DNA from: Octopus sinensis
Taxonomy: Eukaryota
Length of the DNA stretch: 64,000 bases
NCBI RefSeq assembly: GCF_006345805.1
Contig: NC_042998.1
Location: 4,712,001-4,776,000 of the forward strand
Reading direction: 5' to 3'
In this document: positions 26,862-39,845 of the stretch, one piece after another
Position numbering within the stretch: position 1 is the stretch's first letter
Layout of the letters: every line of letters begins with the position of its first letter
Made by a program: the position numbers and the translations under genes
Notes under the pieces: model-generated
Told to the model about the DNA's origin: nothing
Databases searched by the model: none
The model's input: only the letters and a program-made list of their open reading frames with translations

Positions 26862-27468
26862 CGGTAGCACGACGGACGAAATGCTTAGAGGTATTTTCTC
26901 TGCCGTTACGTTCTGAGTTCAAGTTCCTCCGAGGTCGACTTTACCTTTCATCCTTTTGGCGTCGATTAAATAAGTACCAGTTACGCACTGGGTTCGGTAC
27001 AATCGACTTAATCCGTATGTCTGTCCTTGTTTGTCCTCTCTGTGTTTAGCCCCTTGTGGGTAGTAAAGAAATAGGTATTCCGTCTGCCGTTACATTCTGA
27101 ATTCAAATACCGCCGAGGTCAACTTTGCTTTTCATCCTTTCGGGGTCGATTAAATAAGTACCAGTTACGCATTGAAGTCGATATAATCGACTTAATCCGT
27201 TTGCCTGTCCTTGTTTGTCCCCTCTCTGTGCAGCCCCCTTGTGGGTAGTAAAGAAATAAGAATCGTTAGCACGCCGGGAAAAATGTTTAGCGGCATTTCG
27301 TCTGTCCGCACGTTCTGGGTTTATATTCCACCGAGGTCGACTTTGTCTTTTATCTTTTCGGGGGGGGGGAGTCGATAAATTAAGTTGCAGTTGAAAACTG
27401 GGGTCGATACAATCGACCAGCACGTTCCCCTAAAATTCCTGGCCTTGTGCCAAAATTTGAGACCAATA
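26862..27468 (+). mobile_element. SINE family C dimer followed by or nested in a variant copy
   Basis: Head at 26862, second body from about 27074, variant from about 27260. Confidence 0.85.
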
Positions 27469-27973
27469 TTTAAGTATTTCGTTTCTTATTTTCTTACTCC
27501 TCATAAATTAGGATCACTTTTCAGGAGAGAGGTAGGTGCGGTTTTTACTTTTGTCGTTAATGTCATTTTTTTGAAGTCATTTACCAACCGAAAAGTTCAT
27601 GGAGACATATTTCAGAGAACAGAATTACTGAAATCATATGACACCAATCATTCAAAGTTGGTTTATTTATTTATCTTCTTTTGAAAATTAATATTAGCTC
27701 AGGATATCTTTATCATCATTGAGACTCTTGTAATTAAGATGGATATTTTAAAGACGAAAACATTTCCTTAGAAGATGATAATTTCAGTGCACTAGGTAAC
27801 ATAACAGCGCTTTGCTTCCTACTAAATTGATTCTACGTAAGAATTGATCGCTATTTAATCAGATGTTTGCATTACTGCTTTGTCTATTGTATGTTGGGTT
27901 TTTCCAATTTTCTAGCGTAATGTTTGCTATATACTGCAGTATTGAGTGTCTTTACATCCTTAAGCGTATTTTC

Positions 27974-27988
27974 ATTATTATTATTAGC

Positions 27989-28054
<66 letters not shown>
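27974..28054. repeat. (TTA)n microsatellite
   Basis: Directly visible. Confidence 0.95.
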
Positions 28055-28057
<3 letters not shown>

Positions 28058-28823
28058 CGATACTTGTATTATATCATTTTATAGTTACCCATTATCTTAT
28101 GTTTTCGTGCAATTTCTATTCAAAATTCTATTTACACAACATTGTTTACCAGCGCAGGCAAAATTATTGATATTTTGATATCTGGAAACTAGAACAAATC
28201 TCACATGATAACAATAAATATATTCAAATCTGGATTAAGTTAAACTGATTTAAATTCTGTTTAGAATTTGAACAATTACTGTAATCTCACTTTGGTGTAT
28301 TTTATTCGTATTGTCTTGAGGATTTCCATTTTCATGCAATAATATAATTTTTTGTTTCTATTTCACATGTATATTGTCCCTATTTAATACTATATAAACT
28401 GAACACAAAACAGTGTTTACATTTTTGTATTTTAATGTGCAGTCAACTAGCCTGTCGCAGATAAAATTTCGAGGTAATTATTCCTTGGCGTGTGTCTAAT
28501 AATAGATTAAGCTATCGAGTTATTTTCTCCCCAAAACCTTTCGTCTCTAATCTGGAACATAACTGAACGAAACGTATGCTCGTTAAATACAGATTTTAGC
28601 ATTCTTATACGTTAAATGTATGTATGTCCATTTACACACATATGTTCGTGTGTTTACATTCATAAAGGAGAATACGCGGACATTCATACGGATAGGTAAC
28701 CGGAGGAAGTATGCACTGAATAATTCAGTGATAAGTACATCCAGATGTGACACGTTTCCGAAAGATACATACGAAATACACAAATGCAAAGGTTACGCTC
28801 ATTTATTCACAAGCAAAACATGG

Positions 28824-29930
28824 TATCGGGCTGAGTAAAAAGTAAGCAATGTTTTGAGACATGAACTTCATAACAAAATATTTCAACAATGCGGAAATTT
28901 TATTCATCAAAATAAGTACCATTACATGCAGCACATTTTGCCAACGAGTTAAAAGTTTATTCCGGTAACATAAAAATCTGGAGTTTTAGAGCTGATGAAC
29001 TTTTTCGACGAGCTTTCAGCATCGGTTTCATTTTTGTACTCCTTCTCTCGCAGGAAGCCATCAAGGTGCTTGAAAAAGTGATAGTCAGCGGGAGAAAGGA
29101 CTGGAGAATAAGCTGAGTGAAGAAGAACTTCGTAGCCAAATTCCTTCAACTTCTGTAGCATCAATAATGAAACGTGTGGTCGAGCAGTGTCCTGAAGAAT
29201 GATTGGCCCTCTTCTGTTGAACAGTCTGGGATGGAAGAGTAGCAGTTTTTCGTTCATTTTGGCAATTTTATGACAATAGGTTTCTGTAATAAAGGTTTTT
29301 CCGGGTTTTAATAAGTTATAGTGGATGAATACAGCAGTACACCACCAGTCATCTTAACCTTCTTTTCGAACAGTCCGTGTTTAGGGAAAGTTTTCGGTGC
29401 TCATTTTGGTCCAACCACCGCGAAGAATGTTTTTTTATTGTACAGAATCCACTTTTCATAGCAAGTTACAATAGAGTCGAGAAATGGATCGGTCTGTTTG
29501 CGGAGAAGAAGCGACGATCAAATTTCATATCTGCGCATTTCTTGATTTTCATTCAAATCGTGTGGTACCCATTTGTCGAGCTTTTTTGATTTCACAATAG
29601 CATGCAAATGGTTGCAGGCAGTTTTCTGGCTAATTTGAAGTTCTTTTGCCAGTTCACGAATGGTTTTTCGTGGATCTTTCTCAATGACAGTCTTTAATTG
29701 AACGTCATCGATGACAAATGGGCACCCACTACGCTCAAGATTTACAAGGCTCAGGTCTTCACTGCAAAATCGCTGAAACCATTTTCAAGCTGACTACCCA
29801 CCGGTCATTTCCTCACTAAACGTTTCGTTGATATCGTGAGCAGTTTCAGCTGCTTTACATCCATTTTTGAAGTTGAATAGCAAAATTGCTCGATTATCGC
29901 GATTTGACAGTTCAATTTCAGATGATTGTA
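28824..29930 (-). mobile_element. mariner transposon, decayed transposase
   Basis: ORF 28949-29257 GPIILQDTARPHVS...HSAYSPVLSPADYHFFKHLD (HDNARPH and YSPDLAPxD motifs); frame-broken N-terminus near 29900; only one terminus recognisable. Confidence 0.9.
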
Positions 29931-30446
29931 ACAACTATTTTTTTATTGCCTACAGGGCCCAAACTTAGTGGGGACGATGCAAATGTAGGGGAGGGTCGAT
30001 AAAACGAATGGTTTTACAAAAGATGAATAGTTAAAAATTTAAGTTAACAATTTATATAAATCGGATGATAACAAAAAATAAAACGTACAATGAAGTGGGG
30101 GATGGGTTTTGCTTCGACCCTGCAAGCCCCATGCCACCACTGTAACCTTTTGTATAACCTTGTGGATTGTGGATCCATTCATTCTCAACAAATTCGCTAC
30201 AGCCCGCCATCTCTTTTTTATATACATCAAGTGACAAGCATTTTCACTCCACCCTTATTTTCCTCTTAAGGTGGTAATTGAGGCATACTAAATTGGATAT
30301 GAATTTTATCAAGCAATGACCAACAAGATTTAAGAACTAAACATGAATGTATATTCAATATCTTTCAATGATACACCATTCATAAAACGTTGTAAAATAA
30401 GTGTCTCAAATCATTAATAGTAAAAACTCTACAAAGTAGTAATATG

Positions 30447-30970
30447 ACGGCGAACTGGGAGGATCGTTATCACACCGGCAAAATGCTTAGCAACATTTAG
30501 TCTGCATTTATGTACTGAGTCCAAACTTTGCCTTCCATCCTTTCTCGGTCGATAAAATAAGTTGCAGCTGAAGACTGGGCTATATTTAATCATCTCTCCT
30601 CCACTCCATCGAAATTGCTGGCCTTGTTGCAAAATCTGAAATTAATACGAAACCTACTGAATCTAAGAAATATTTCCACAAAAGATTACATGCATTGACA
30701 CAATTTGCAAAACCTATCGACACAAAAACCAATCAATCGCGAAGAGTCACCGTCCACTAATTAATTACCCCACATGGAAAGCCTTCAAAATATTGATTTG
30801 AAATTAGGCACAGGGCCAGCAATTTTGATTTAAGTCGACCTAAGTGCTCAACTGGAACTTATTTTTATTATTCCCGAAAGGATGAAATGCAAAGTCGACA
30901 AAGGCATAATTTGAGCTCACAACGCAAAGACGGACGAAATGCCGCTAACGATTCTGCCATCCTGTCGACT
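30447..30970. mobile_element. Two decayed SINE family C variants (+ at 30447-30645, - at 30790-30970)
   Basis: Head and GGATGAAA(G/T)GCAAAGTCGAC domain similarity. Confidence 0.6.
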
Positions 30971-31811
30971 TATAATCTCTTGCAGAGAAATTGTTCCCTT
31001 CATGCCCTCAATTACTTCTAAAATATCACGATAAATACAAACAATACATTAAAGTTTAGCATGACAGAAGCAGTCATACGTTTTCATAAGATTCGATAGC
31101 GTATCTTGTCTCTGCAGGATGCATCCCTACCAGATGTGAATACATCGTCCATTTACGCAGGTGGCAAGGCCTTAGCAATAAGCCTTTCACCGCGTGCAAT
31201 AATAAAAGAAAAATCTGTTGTCGCTGTACTGTCGATATCAGCACGAGGTAAGAACAGACAGAAACAATTTTTCTTTCGAAAATATATTTAATATTTTTCT
31301 CTACTGTGATCCTAGGCTTCCGGTAAGTTAGTTAGTGATTCCCATCCACAAAACGTCGAGAAAACTGGAATATATATATATGGGTGTGTGTGTGCATATA
31401 TATATGTATAATATATATATATACACACACACACATATATATATATACACACATATATATACACACATATATATGTATATATATGTACGATATATATATA
31501 TATATATACATGTATGTATGTATAAATAGCATATATGCTTGTGTATATATACATGTATATTTATACACACAAACACACATATATATACATATACGAGTAA
31601 GTGCACATGTATGTACCACATAGGCAGGCTTAGAAAAGCCATCGTAAATCAAATCATAAATACCACTTATTAATAAATATCAAAAATGCTCTCTGACATA
31701 GTCGTTTTGTATAAGTGGATAAAAACGGAATGGTTAACTGTTTTTAACCTTTTAGGAATAAATATTAGAGTCCGCAAAATCCAGGGAATAATCTTTTCTT
31801 GATGTCAATTA

Positions 31812-31856
<45 letters not shown>

Positions 31857-31982
31857 TTGCCTACTATGAAATTACGTCTGAATATTTGTCCCTATAAACA
31901 ATTTATAAGTCCAGAAGCATGAAAACTATGCAAACACACACATACACACACACACATATATATACATATACATATATATGAA

Positions 31983-32209
31983 AGGTGGCGAGCTGGCAGA
32001 ACCGTTAGCACGCCGGGTGAAATGCGTAGCCTTATTTCGTCTGCGTTACGTTCTGAGTTCAAATTCCGCCGAGGTTGACTTTGTCTCTCATCCTTTCGGG
32101 GTCGATAAATTAAGTACCATTACGCACTGGGGTCGATATCATCGAATTAATCCGTTTGTCTGTTCTTGTTTGTCCCCTCTGTGTTTAGCTCCTTGTGGGT
32201 AATAAAGAA
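31983..32209 (+). mobile_element. SINE family C monomer
   Basis: Close match to 40199-40430. Confidence 0.9.
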
Positions 32210-33029
32210 ACATATACATATATATGTGTGTGTATGTGTATGTGTGTGTGTCTGTGCGTATATTTGTCCTGTGTGTGTATTTATGAGTCGGGTTTGCGTT
32301 TATTATGTTTAATAAACCACGTAGTAGTTTCTACACCAAAAAATTATTTACTTCGTTTAATTTATTGTATCTTTTTATTGCATTTTACTTATAAATTCTT
32401 AATATGAAATTTAAGAAAAGCTGAAATTTTGCAGTAGAAATCTGAGAAACGAATCGGATTAAATTATAAATAATGCAAGACAAAAAAATCTACAAACATT
32501 TAACATCTTTTCAGAAATGTCATAGCTACTTATGCAGCATTTTTACCGAAAAAAGGAAATAGTGAAAAGAGTATCATTCACAGTAAAATCAGTGACAACA
32601 ATGTCAAGTATAGTAATAAAGAAAATTGGATAAAAATCATTCAAAGCAAAAAACAAAAAAAAACATCATCTGAAGTTATGACATAAACCATAACATCAAC
32701 ATTAGCAGCGTAGGAATGCCAAATCTGTCATCGTTTGTTATTGAAAGAAAGGTATGTATCCAAGGAAGAAATAAACTTTGCATGAACGTAAAAATGTATG
32801 GGAAAACTTATTGTCAAAGTTGAAATAGGAAACGTGAAAAAAAAAACACGTACAACAAATCTATGCATCAAGATATCATAATGAATAACAGGAACACCAA
32901 CAATGAGCACACAATAAAAAAAAAACAAATATAATTACGCAAACAACAATATTTACAAATAGATAATTCTACAACAAATAATTTAAGTGAGAAAATAATT
33001 ACAATGATAGCAATAATGATGACTGGGAT

Positions 33030-34470
33030 TATGATGATGATGATGGTGATGATGATTATGATGATGATGATGATGATGAATATGATGATGATGATGATGA
33101 TGGAGAGTTGAAGACAGAGGATTGTTTACTCTCTTTTTTGTAGAATTGATGTGAAGGACGAGTAATGTTCTCCTGGTCATCTCAGGCTCTCTAAGACCAA
33201 TGAGACTGATGTCGTATAAGGTCATCTTGAGCATTTGTAAGTCTACGGCTGTGTGAAAACAAGAGCAAGGAATGAATTCCCGGTGGCCGCCGTTCCGTAA
33301 AAACGAGGTCAAATGGTTAGTGCGGGGTCACGACTTATGATTATAGCATAACAAGATGAAGTGAATGAGTCTGGAGTGTTTGAGGGCTTGATTTGAGATG
33401 GCAGGAACCAGCCTGCTCTGAGGAACAGATATCAATAGTAGAAATAAAATGGTACAAAGAGTAGAAATTCTGTGGGATAAAATCGGGGTGTGTTTGTGAA
33501 TATCTTCTTGAGTTGAAGACAGAGGATTGTTTACTCTCTTTTTTGTAGAATTGATGTGAAGGACGAGTAATGTTCTCCTGGTCATCTCAGGCTCTCTAAG
33601 ACCAATGAGACTGATGTCGTATAAGGTCATCTTGAGCATTTGTAAGTCTACGGCTGTGTGAAAACAAGAGCAAGGAATGAATTCCCGGTGGCCGCCGTTC
33701 CGTAAAAACGAGGTCAAATGGTTAGTGCGGGGTCACGACTTATGATTATAGCATAACAAGATGAAGTGAATGAGTCTGGAGTGTTTGAGGGCTTGATTTG
33801 AGATGGCAGGAACCAGCCTGCTCTGAGGAACAGATATCAATAGTAGAAATAAAATGGTACAAAGAGTAGAAATTCTGTGGGATAAAATCGGGGTGTGTTT
33901 GTGAATATCTTCTTGATGATCTATCGTTGGATGTACTTTGATCAGAAACATTGCCTCGTTGAAGGCCCCACTGGAACTTTGTAGAAGTTTCGGAGAAGAT
34001 ATGGACTGAATTGTGGTAATGTTTTATACATATGCACAGCTATCTTGCTTTCTGCTGCTGAAGGGGCAAGATTCGTAAGACTTCACTGAAGGATGTATCC
34101 GAGCTTAATCTCCAGGCTGGTTATGCAGGTCTTTCGTAAGCATTTCCCTCGTTGTAATTGGATGATGCTAAATTTCAGAAAATCGCTAACAAATGAAATA
34201 GCTTGTAGTTGAAGATGACGGTATATGAATCTTCAATGTATATGAAAGAAATATCTACTTTTGGGACACTCCAGTATTGTCAGAATAACAATCAGCAGTA
34301 ATCTCATCACAGAAAACAAGGACAGTGTGATTTGAAAGAAAGCTACCGCTATAAGATATCGTGTAAGAAAGCGGACCCTTAGGTGGGATGTTTTCATAGA
34401 TGAATCGCATGAAAGACACGAAAAATTCAGAGAATGAGTTCCTTTTCTCGAGTTTCATTCAATTATTGTG
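33030..34470 (-). mobile_element. Decayed LINE 3' portion (CR1/L2/Jockey-group-like) with (CAT)n tail
   Basis: Frame-broken GVSQ (GVPQG-like), ICSSEQAG and RTNH...FHTAVDLQMLK resembling LINE ORF2 C-termini; the tail appears as (ATG)n on the plus strand. Confidence 0.6.
33105..33916. repeat. 405-bp tandem duplication
   Basis: 33105-33509 repeats at 33510-33914; no difference seen by eye. Confidence 0.95.
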
Positions 34471-34531
34471 ATAAAAAAAGAAGCACTCCGAAAAATATGT
34501 TTGAAATATAACGAAAGATTATCTACATTAA

Positions 34532-36849
34532 CCCTTGGTCTGCCAATGAGAATGTATGTCTCTAATTACCAACTGGGTCCAATGGGTCCAATATTTTTCT
34601 GTTAATTAAATTTTATTCAAACTACCACTATTTCTTAGCTACATTATATATGCTATCAGGTGAGTGAAGAATTACTGTTTCTCTCAAATTTTGATTTAAA
34701 ACAATACAGCTTACAGAATATATCATAAATTTAAAGAATTACAAAAATACAGAATTTCAGTTCTCTGTGGCAGTGAATGCAGGCAGCTTTGGAATGTTCT
34801 TGGCAAACATGGATATTACAATTCCTACATGTAGTATAAGTTTTCCTGTCTTTTGGGGTGCTACACAAAGAACATCTTTTTTTTTCTTTGGATGAAGAAT
34901 CTCAAAAGAGGTTGAAGAACATCTTTTCTTGTTTGGTTGAGAAATGTTAGCAGAACTACAAGTTTGTTTATCATGTTCTTGTTTAACATTAATTCCAGCA
35001 AGCTTCTTTCCTAACTGAATTAGGTACTGTCTTCGTTTATCCTTGAAACTTTGCAAGTGAATCTATTTAGCAAAAATGAAAGCATTCACTGCACTTATAT
35101 CAATCATTTTGTAGAATATAACCAGGTTTGTTTTCGACACATTTTTAATCAATTGAAGGCTGAGAGTGCATTCTACACATAAGTGTGACTACATAATTTT
35201 TCTTGGGACAATAAGATAGGATCATAGAATCCTTTTGAAATCCTAATATTGTGCTGTTGATTTCTCTTTCTTTTCCATTTGTGAAAGCTCTTGGCAGTTC
35301 AACTCTGTTCTTCTTAGTTGTTCTAACTAAAGGAGTTTTCTTGCGAAGCAGCTTTCGAGCCAATTCTAGACTTGTAAAAAAATTATCGCAAGTTCTATTG
35401 CGACCTGCATTTTCAAGTTCTTTTACGATATCTTCAACAACTCTTGTACCTTAATTTGTCTCTTTCCCTTTTATTGGGTCTTTCCAGTGTAGATTTGACT
35501 TTTCCAGGCATAAGATGTTTCACTGTCGCATATTGTCCAAATTTTAATTCCATACTTCCCTGCTTTTGAAGGAATATACACCCAGAATGGGCAGCTCCCT
35601 CTAAATGAAACTAATTGTTCATCAACTGTCATGCATGTACTTGGAACATATCCATCTTGTAAATTCTGATTCCACATTTCAAATACTTCTCTTATGGGCT
35701 CCAATTTATCATCACTTCTCTTTATTCTTCTTGCACTAGCAAGTGGCCTTCTTCTTGATTGCATAACTACGTGACATTTTCTGGTTTAGATTTATAAACA
35801 CCTATAAGAATAATCATCAGTCCAAAAAATTCTTTAGTTCAGAGTAATCAGTTTTCTTCCATTTATCTCTGTAAACAACCACCCCTTCAAAATTTGTTTA
35901 TTTATGGATTATTTCAAGAAGATTCTGGCGCATAAAGATAGTAAAACATGCTTCAATGCCATCGCAAGACCTTTTAGCAAATTGGGATTGTTCACATTCT
36001 TGGCGCACAATATTGCAAGACTGAGTTCTTACTGCTGCTTGAGTAAGAGGATTAGAATGCCAAACGTCTTGTCTGATTCTAGAAATATAATGCTCATTCA
36101 CAATTGGGTGGCTTGCAGGTAATTGTTTTTGAGTGTCTTCATCATCTGATGACACAGACCCTAAACTGTCCAGCAAACATCACTTTCACCATCCTCTTAA
36201 GAGCAATAGAAAGAATCACTACTATCTTCTTCCTATTCTTCATCTAATTCAAATGACCTTTATTATATTTGGTCTTCAGTCAAGTTTCCACGTCCTAGGC
36301 ATATTGGAAGGCACAACTGAAATGAAACTTGATAGAAGACAGACTATTGCTCTCTCACATATTTATACTCTCCTGAAAGATGATGCAATATATTGTAAGA
36401 ATTGCATCATCACATAGAAATATTGCATCACCCTATAACCTAGCAGATGGATGGTGATGCAATACCACACAAATTTACAGGAATATTTTCATAATTTTCC
36501 CCTATTCTATCTAAAATTCAGCAAATATATTTAATACAATTTTATCTATTTTATATCTGATAAATATCTAATAAAATAATATTTGATACTGCTTTTATTC
36601 TGTTTAGAACGACAAGAGTATTTTCTGAATTTAATTCGAGGGTCCGATGGACCAATACGATAATTGATGTATAAAGTGAAATATTCTAGCTTTTATAAAT
36701 ATACGGAAAATTTCCCATTTGAGAGAGTCAAAGAGGGTCGAGAAAAATAAGAGTCGCGAGAAATCAACAGAACCAAATGATATAAACAGTAGGAAAAAGC
36801 AACTGAAAAAACGGAAATGGTTCCATTGGACCCATTGGTAGACAGAAGG
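34532..36849 (-). mobile_element. piggyBac-superfamily transposon (PGBD4-like transposase pseudogene)
   Basis: TTAA at 34528-34531 and 36850-36853; imperfect TIRs containing CCAATGGGTCCAAT; fragments DKLEPIREVFEMWN...TVDEQLVSFRGSCPFWVYIPSKAGKYGIKIW; Cys-rich C-terminal remnant. Confidence 0.9.
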
Positions 36850-37340
36850 TTAATTTACAGGCTAATGTACTTTTAAATAGATAACTACGATGTTGGCGAG
36901 CCAGTTATTTTAGCATGGCATAAGAAATTCCAGTTCTGCATTTACTGGAATATGCACAAGAATTATAAATTATACATCAAAGTAACAATGGGCATAACAA
37001 TGTGATATTCAAATTTAACAATTTAATTGGTGTTTCTTCAAGTAAACCATATTGGAAATTTCTGATATCAAAGATTACGTTGAAAATATATACGTTTTGT
37101 ATTAATGTGCAACACCACATACAAATGTCATATTTGTAATGATGTTTTGATTACGTGTTGACGATTGTCTACCTTCTAATCTATAGTTGTTCATTTTACG
37201 GAGTCTAAATGATTATTCTTTTGATTTCAGTCATATACATGTATGCATATGTGTGTGCGTGTGCATATATATATATACTCTACCCCTGGTATTTGAGTAC
37301 TCTTTTTTTCCACCTTGTTTCACACTTATGTGTTTACTCC

Positions 37341-37374
<34 letters not shown>

Positions 37375-37458
37375 GGTCCCGGGTTGATTCGGGGTTAACC
37401 ACAGTAAATAAGGTACTCAATACATAGCAGAGTAAAATTAATTTATTATATAGAAGGA

Positions 37459-37507
37459 GCTTCTACAGGACTAGAACTGTTTCATTCAAGAGAAATCTTC
37501 AGGAAGC
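37459..37507 (-). ncRNA. Type I hammerhead motif (left arm)
   Basis: GCTTC-CTGAAGA-TTTC tctt GAAT-GAAA-CAG ttctagtc CTG-TA-GAAGC. Confidence 0.75.
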
Positions 37508-37512
37508 CCTTC

Positions 37513-37569
37513 AGGAGCTTCCTGAAGATTTCTCTTGAATGAAACAGTTCTAGTCCTGTAGAAGCTCCT
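37513..37569 (+). ncRNA. Type I hammerhead motif (right arm)
   Basis: AGGAGCTTC-CTGAAGA-TTTCTCTTGAAT-GAAA-CAG...CTG-TA-GAAGCTCCT with 9-bp stem I. Confidence 0.8.
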
Positions 37570-37587
37570 TCTATATAATAAATATAT

Positions 37588-37631
<44 letters not shown>

Positions 37632-38789
37632 TACATATACACACATATATATATATATATTTCCAGATATGTAACCATATGTGTGAGTTTGGCTATGCAT
37701 CTATGCTCATGTTTATGTATGTATATTAGTATCTATGCAGGTAAGCATACGTAATTATATATAAACATGTAACTTTAAATATCTTTCGAATGAATAGATA
37801 CAGAAATTTATAGTCATCTACCAATGTGGATTTTAAATTTTGAATGAAAAATCCCATCAGTTTCCATAAGAAATGAGGTTCAATAAGTGAGCAATTAGCG
37901 GATCAGAAATTAAAAATAAAACTTGTGTTATATTAACAATTATCAAATTACTAAAATTAATTGATATAGCTGTTAAAGCATTGACAGAAATTTATGAAGT
38001 TAAGTGGACTTCATAAGCTAGTTAAAAGTAGCTTCTAATAAATCATTTTAAAACATAAAACAAGATATATTCGAGTATTAAATTCTATTATATCATGTTA
38101 TCAGGTATATAATTTCTCATCAATAAAACATTTAAAATTAAGAATAGAATTCAGTTGTTTTGGAGGTAGATAAAATAATTAAACAAATAAATAAACAATG
38201 AAACTGAAAACTCCATCAATTACTACATTTATTCAAACATTATCTTCAGTGCAGAAAAATTGTTGATTATTTAATAGGCTAACACTAACTTCTATTCCTT
38301 CGTGTCATGTGGTATAATCGAGCGTTATCATATTCCAAATTGTATAATAGAGTCAAATAAATTCTAATATCTCCATCAATGTCATGAGCATGGCTAGATT
38401 CGCATGAGTTATTTTATAATGAAGAACACTATAGCTGTGCAACATGATAGCGAACGGGAGTGGTTAGCATTTTCTCCTATAGCAATCTGTTATTCACACT
38501 GATCTGACTTCTATAAATCTCTTATATGAGAGAGAGTAGATTGGGTTAAAGTATAACTCAGATCATGTGACGAAAATCGATGATGTATGCTAGTTAAATA
38601 TCAGCTTCCTCCTTCACATCTCTATTCTTCTATACTCTTCCCTTTTAACTCGTTCCATCACTTTTCCTATCATTTTAATTCCCATTTTTCCTTAATTTAT
38701 CATCTTGTCAACTTACTCTTCTTCCTAATATCATTGTTATCATGTCTCTTTATCACAGAAACATGTTGAAGCTCCCGGAGTCTTGCATG

Positions 38790-39262
38790 CGTAGCGGGCT
38801 TACTAACTTCAGCCTACGGTACCATGTTGTTCGTTTTTTTCAGCTATCTAATACTTTCCTGATTATTCTGGCCGTGCAATGATGGCAAAACTTCATAACA
38901 GTTCAACTGGGCATTCTATTCTACTTCCCTTTATATTCCTCTTGATGCTTTCTAATGCTGTTGCCAAGGACACAAAAATAATTGGCAGTATCTGCACCAT
39001 CTTCGTTTTTCATTGCCGAGCTATTTCAGCGTTGTGTCTATCTATCTTTTCGCCTTCTTTCGTCACTATTCGTGGGTGAAAGGGACATACTACATCAACT
39101 ATATAGCATATATGGTGCACCTTGTCCACTACCAATAGGTCCGGTCTCTCATACTCTAAAACCTGATCTCTTTCGATGGAGAAATCCCAGAGCATTTTGT
39201 TAGTTTCCGACTCCACCACTCTCTGCGGTTTGTCCTCATACCACGTCTTGCCTCTCTCTAGC
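38790..39262 (-). mobile_element. RLE non-LTR retrotransposon 3' fragment
   Basis: KMLWDFSIERDQVLEYERPDLLVVDKVHHICYIVDVVCP: restriction-like endonuclease PD..D motif. Confidence 0.8.
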
Positions 39263-39265
39263 CTC

Positions 39266-39345
<80 letters not shown>

Positions 39346-39357
39346 TATTATTATTAT

Positions 39358-39416
<59 letters not shown>

Positions 39417-39449
39417 TAATAATTATTATTATAATTATTATTATTTTTA

Positions 39450-39772
39450 TTTTATTCAGTAGTTTTATTTTTATAGAGTGCTTTCACTTCACTACCGAGC
39501 GCAGCTCTGTGTGCCTTGGGTATGTGCTGTGATTTGTTGTGATACTCTGATGGTTATTGTATGGAAAGTGTTCTGCGTAGGATGTGTGCAGTGCCTAGTA
39601 GTGCAATTTTCTGTATGTTATATGTGTTTGTAAGTCCTGGTGTTTTTGTTATGTATTTGTCTGAATATTTTTTTATCATACCTAATGCACCTACTATGAT
39701 AGGAATTGTTTCTGTTTTCAGGTTCCATATTCTAGTTACCTCTATTTCCAGGTCTTTGTATTTTGAGAGTTT
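39450..39772 (-). mobile_element. R4/Dong-like 3' fragment
   Basis: KYKDLEIEVTRIWNLKTETIPIIVGALGMIKK...IQKIALLGTAHILRRTLSIQ*, homologous to the 55940 C-terminus; flanked by (TTA)n. Confidence 0.85.
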
Positions 39773-39784
39773 CTTCTTCTTCTC

Positions 39785-39844
<60 letters not shown>

Positions 39845-39845
<1 letters not shown>

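Larger units (their letters stand above)
37371..37583. mobile_element. Minimal fold-back PLE-type insertion in (TA)n
   Basis: 67-bp perfect inverted repeat 37441-37507/37517-37583; 37371-37507 appears identical to 46994-47130. Confidence 0.85.

Noticed and set aside
31275-31364. TTTTCTC...AAAACGTC-GAGAAAA resembling stem I and stem III of a PLE hammerhead beside (TA)n
   Set aside because: The CUGANGA segment and the G of GAAA are missing.
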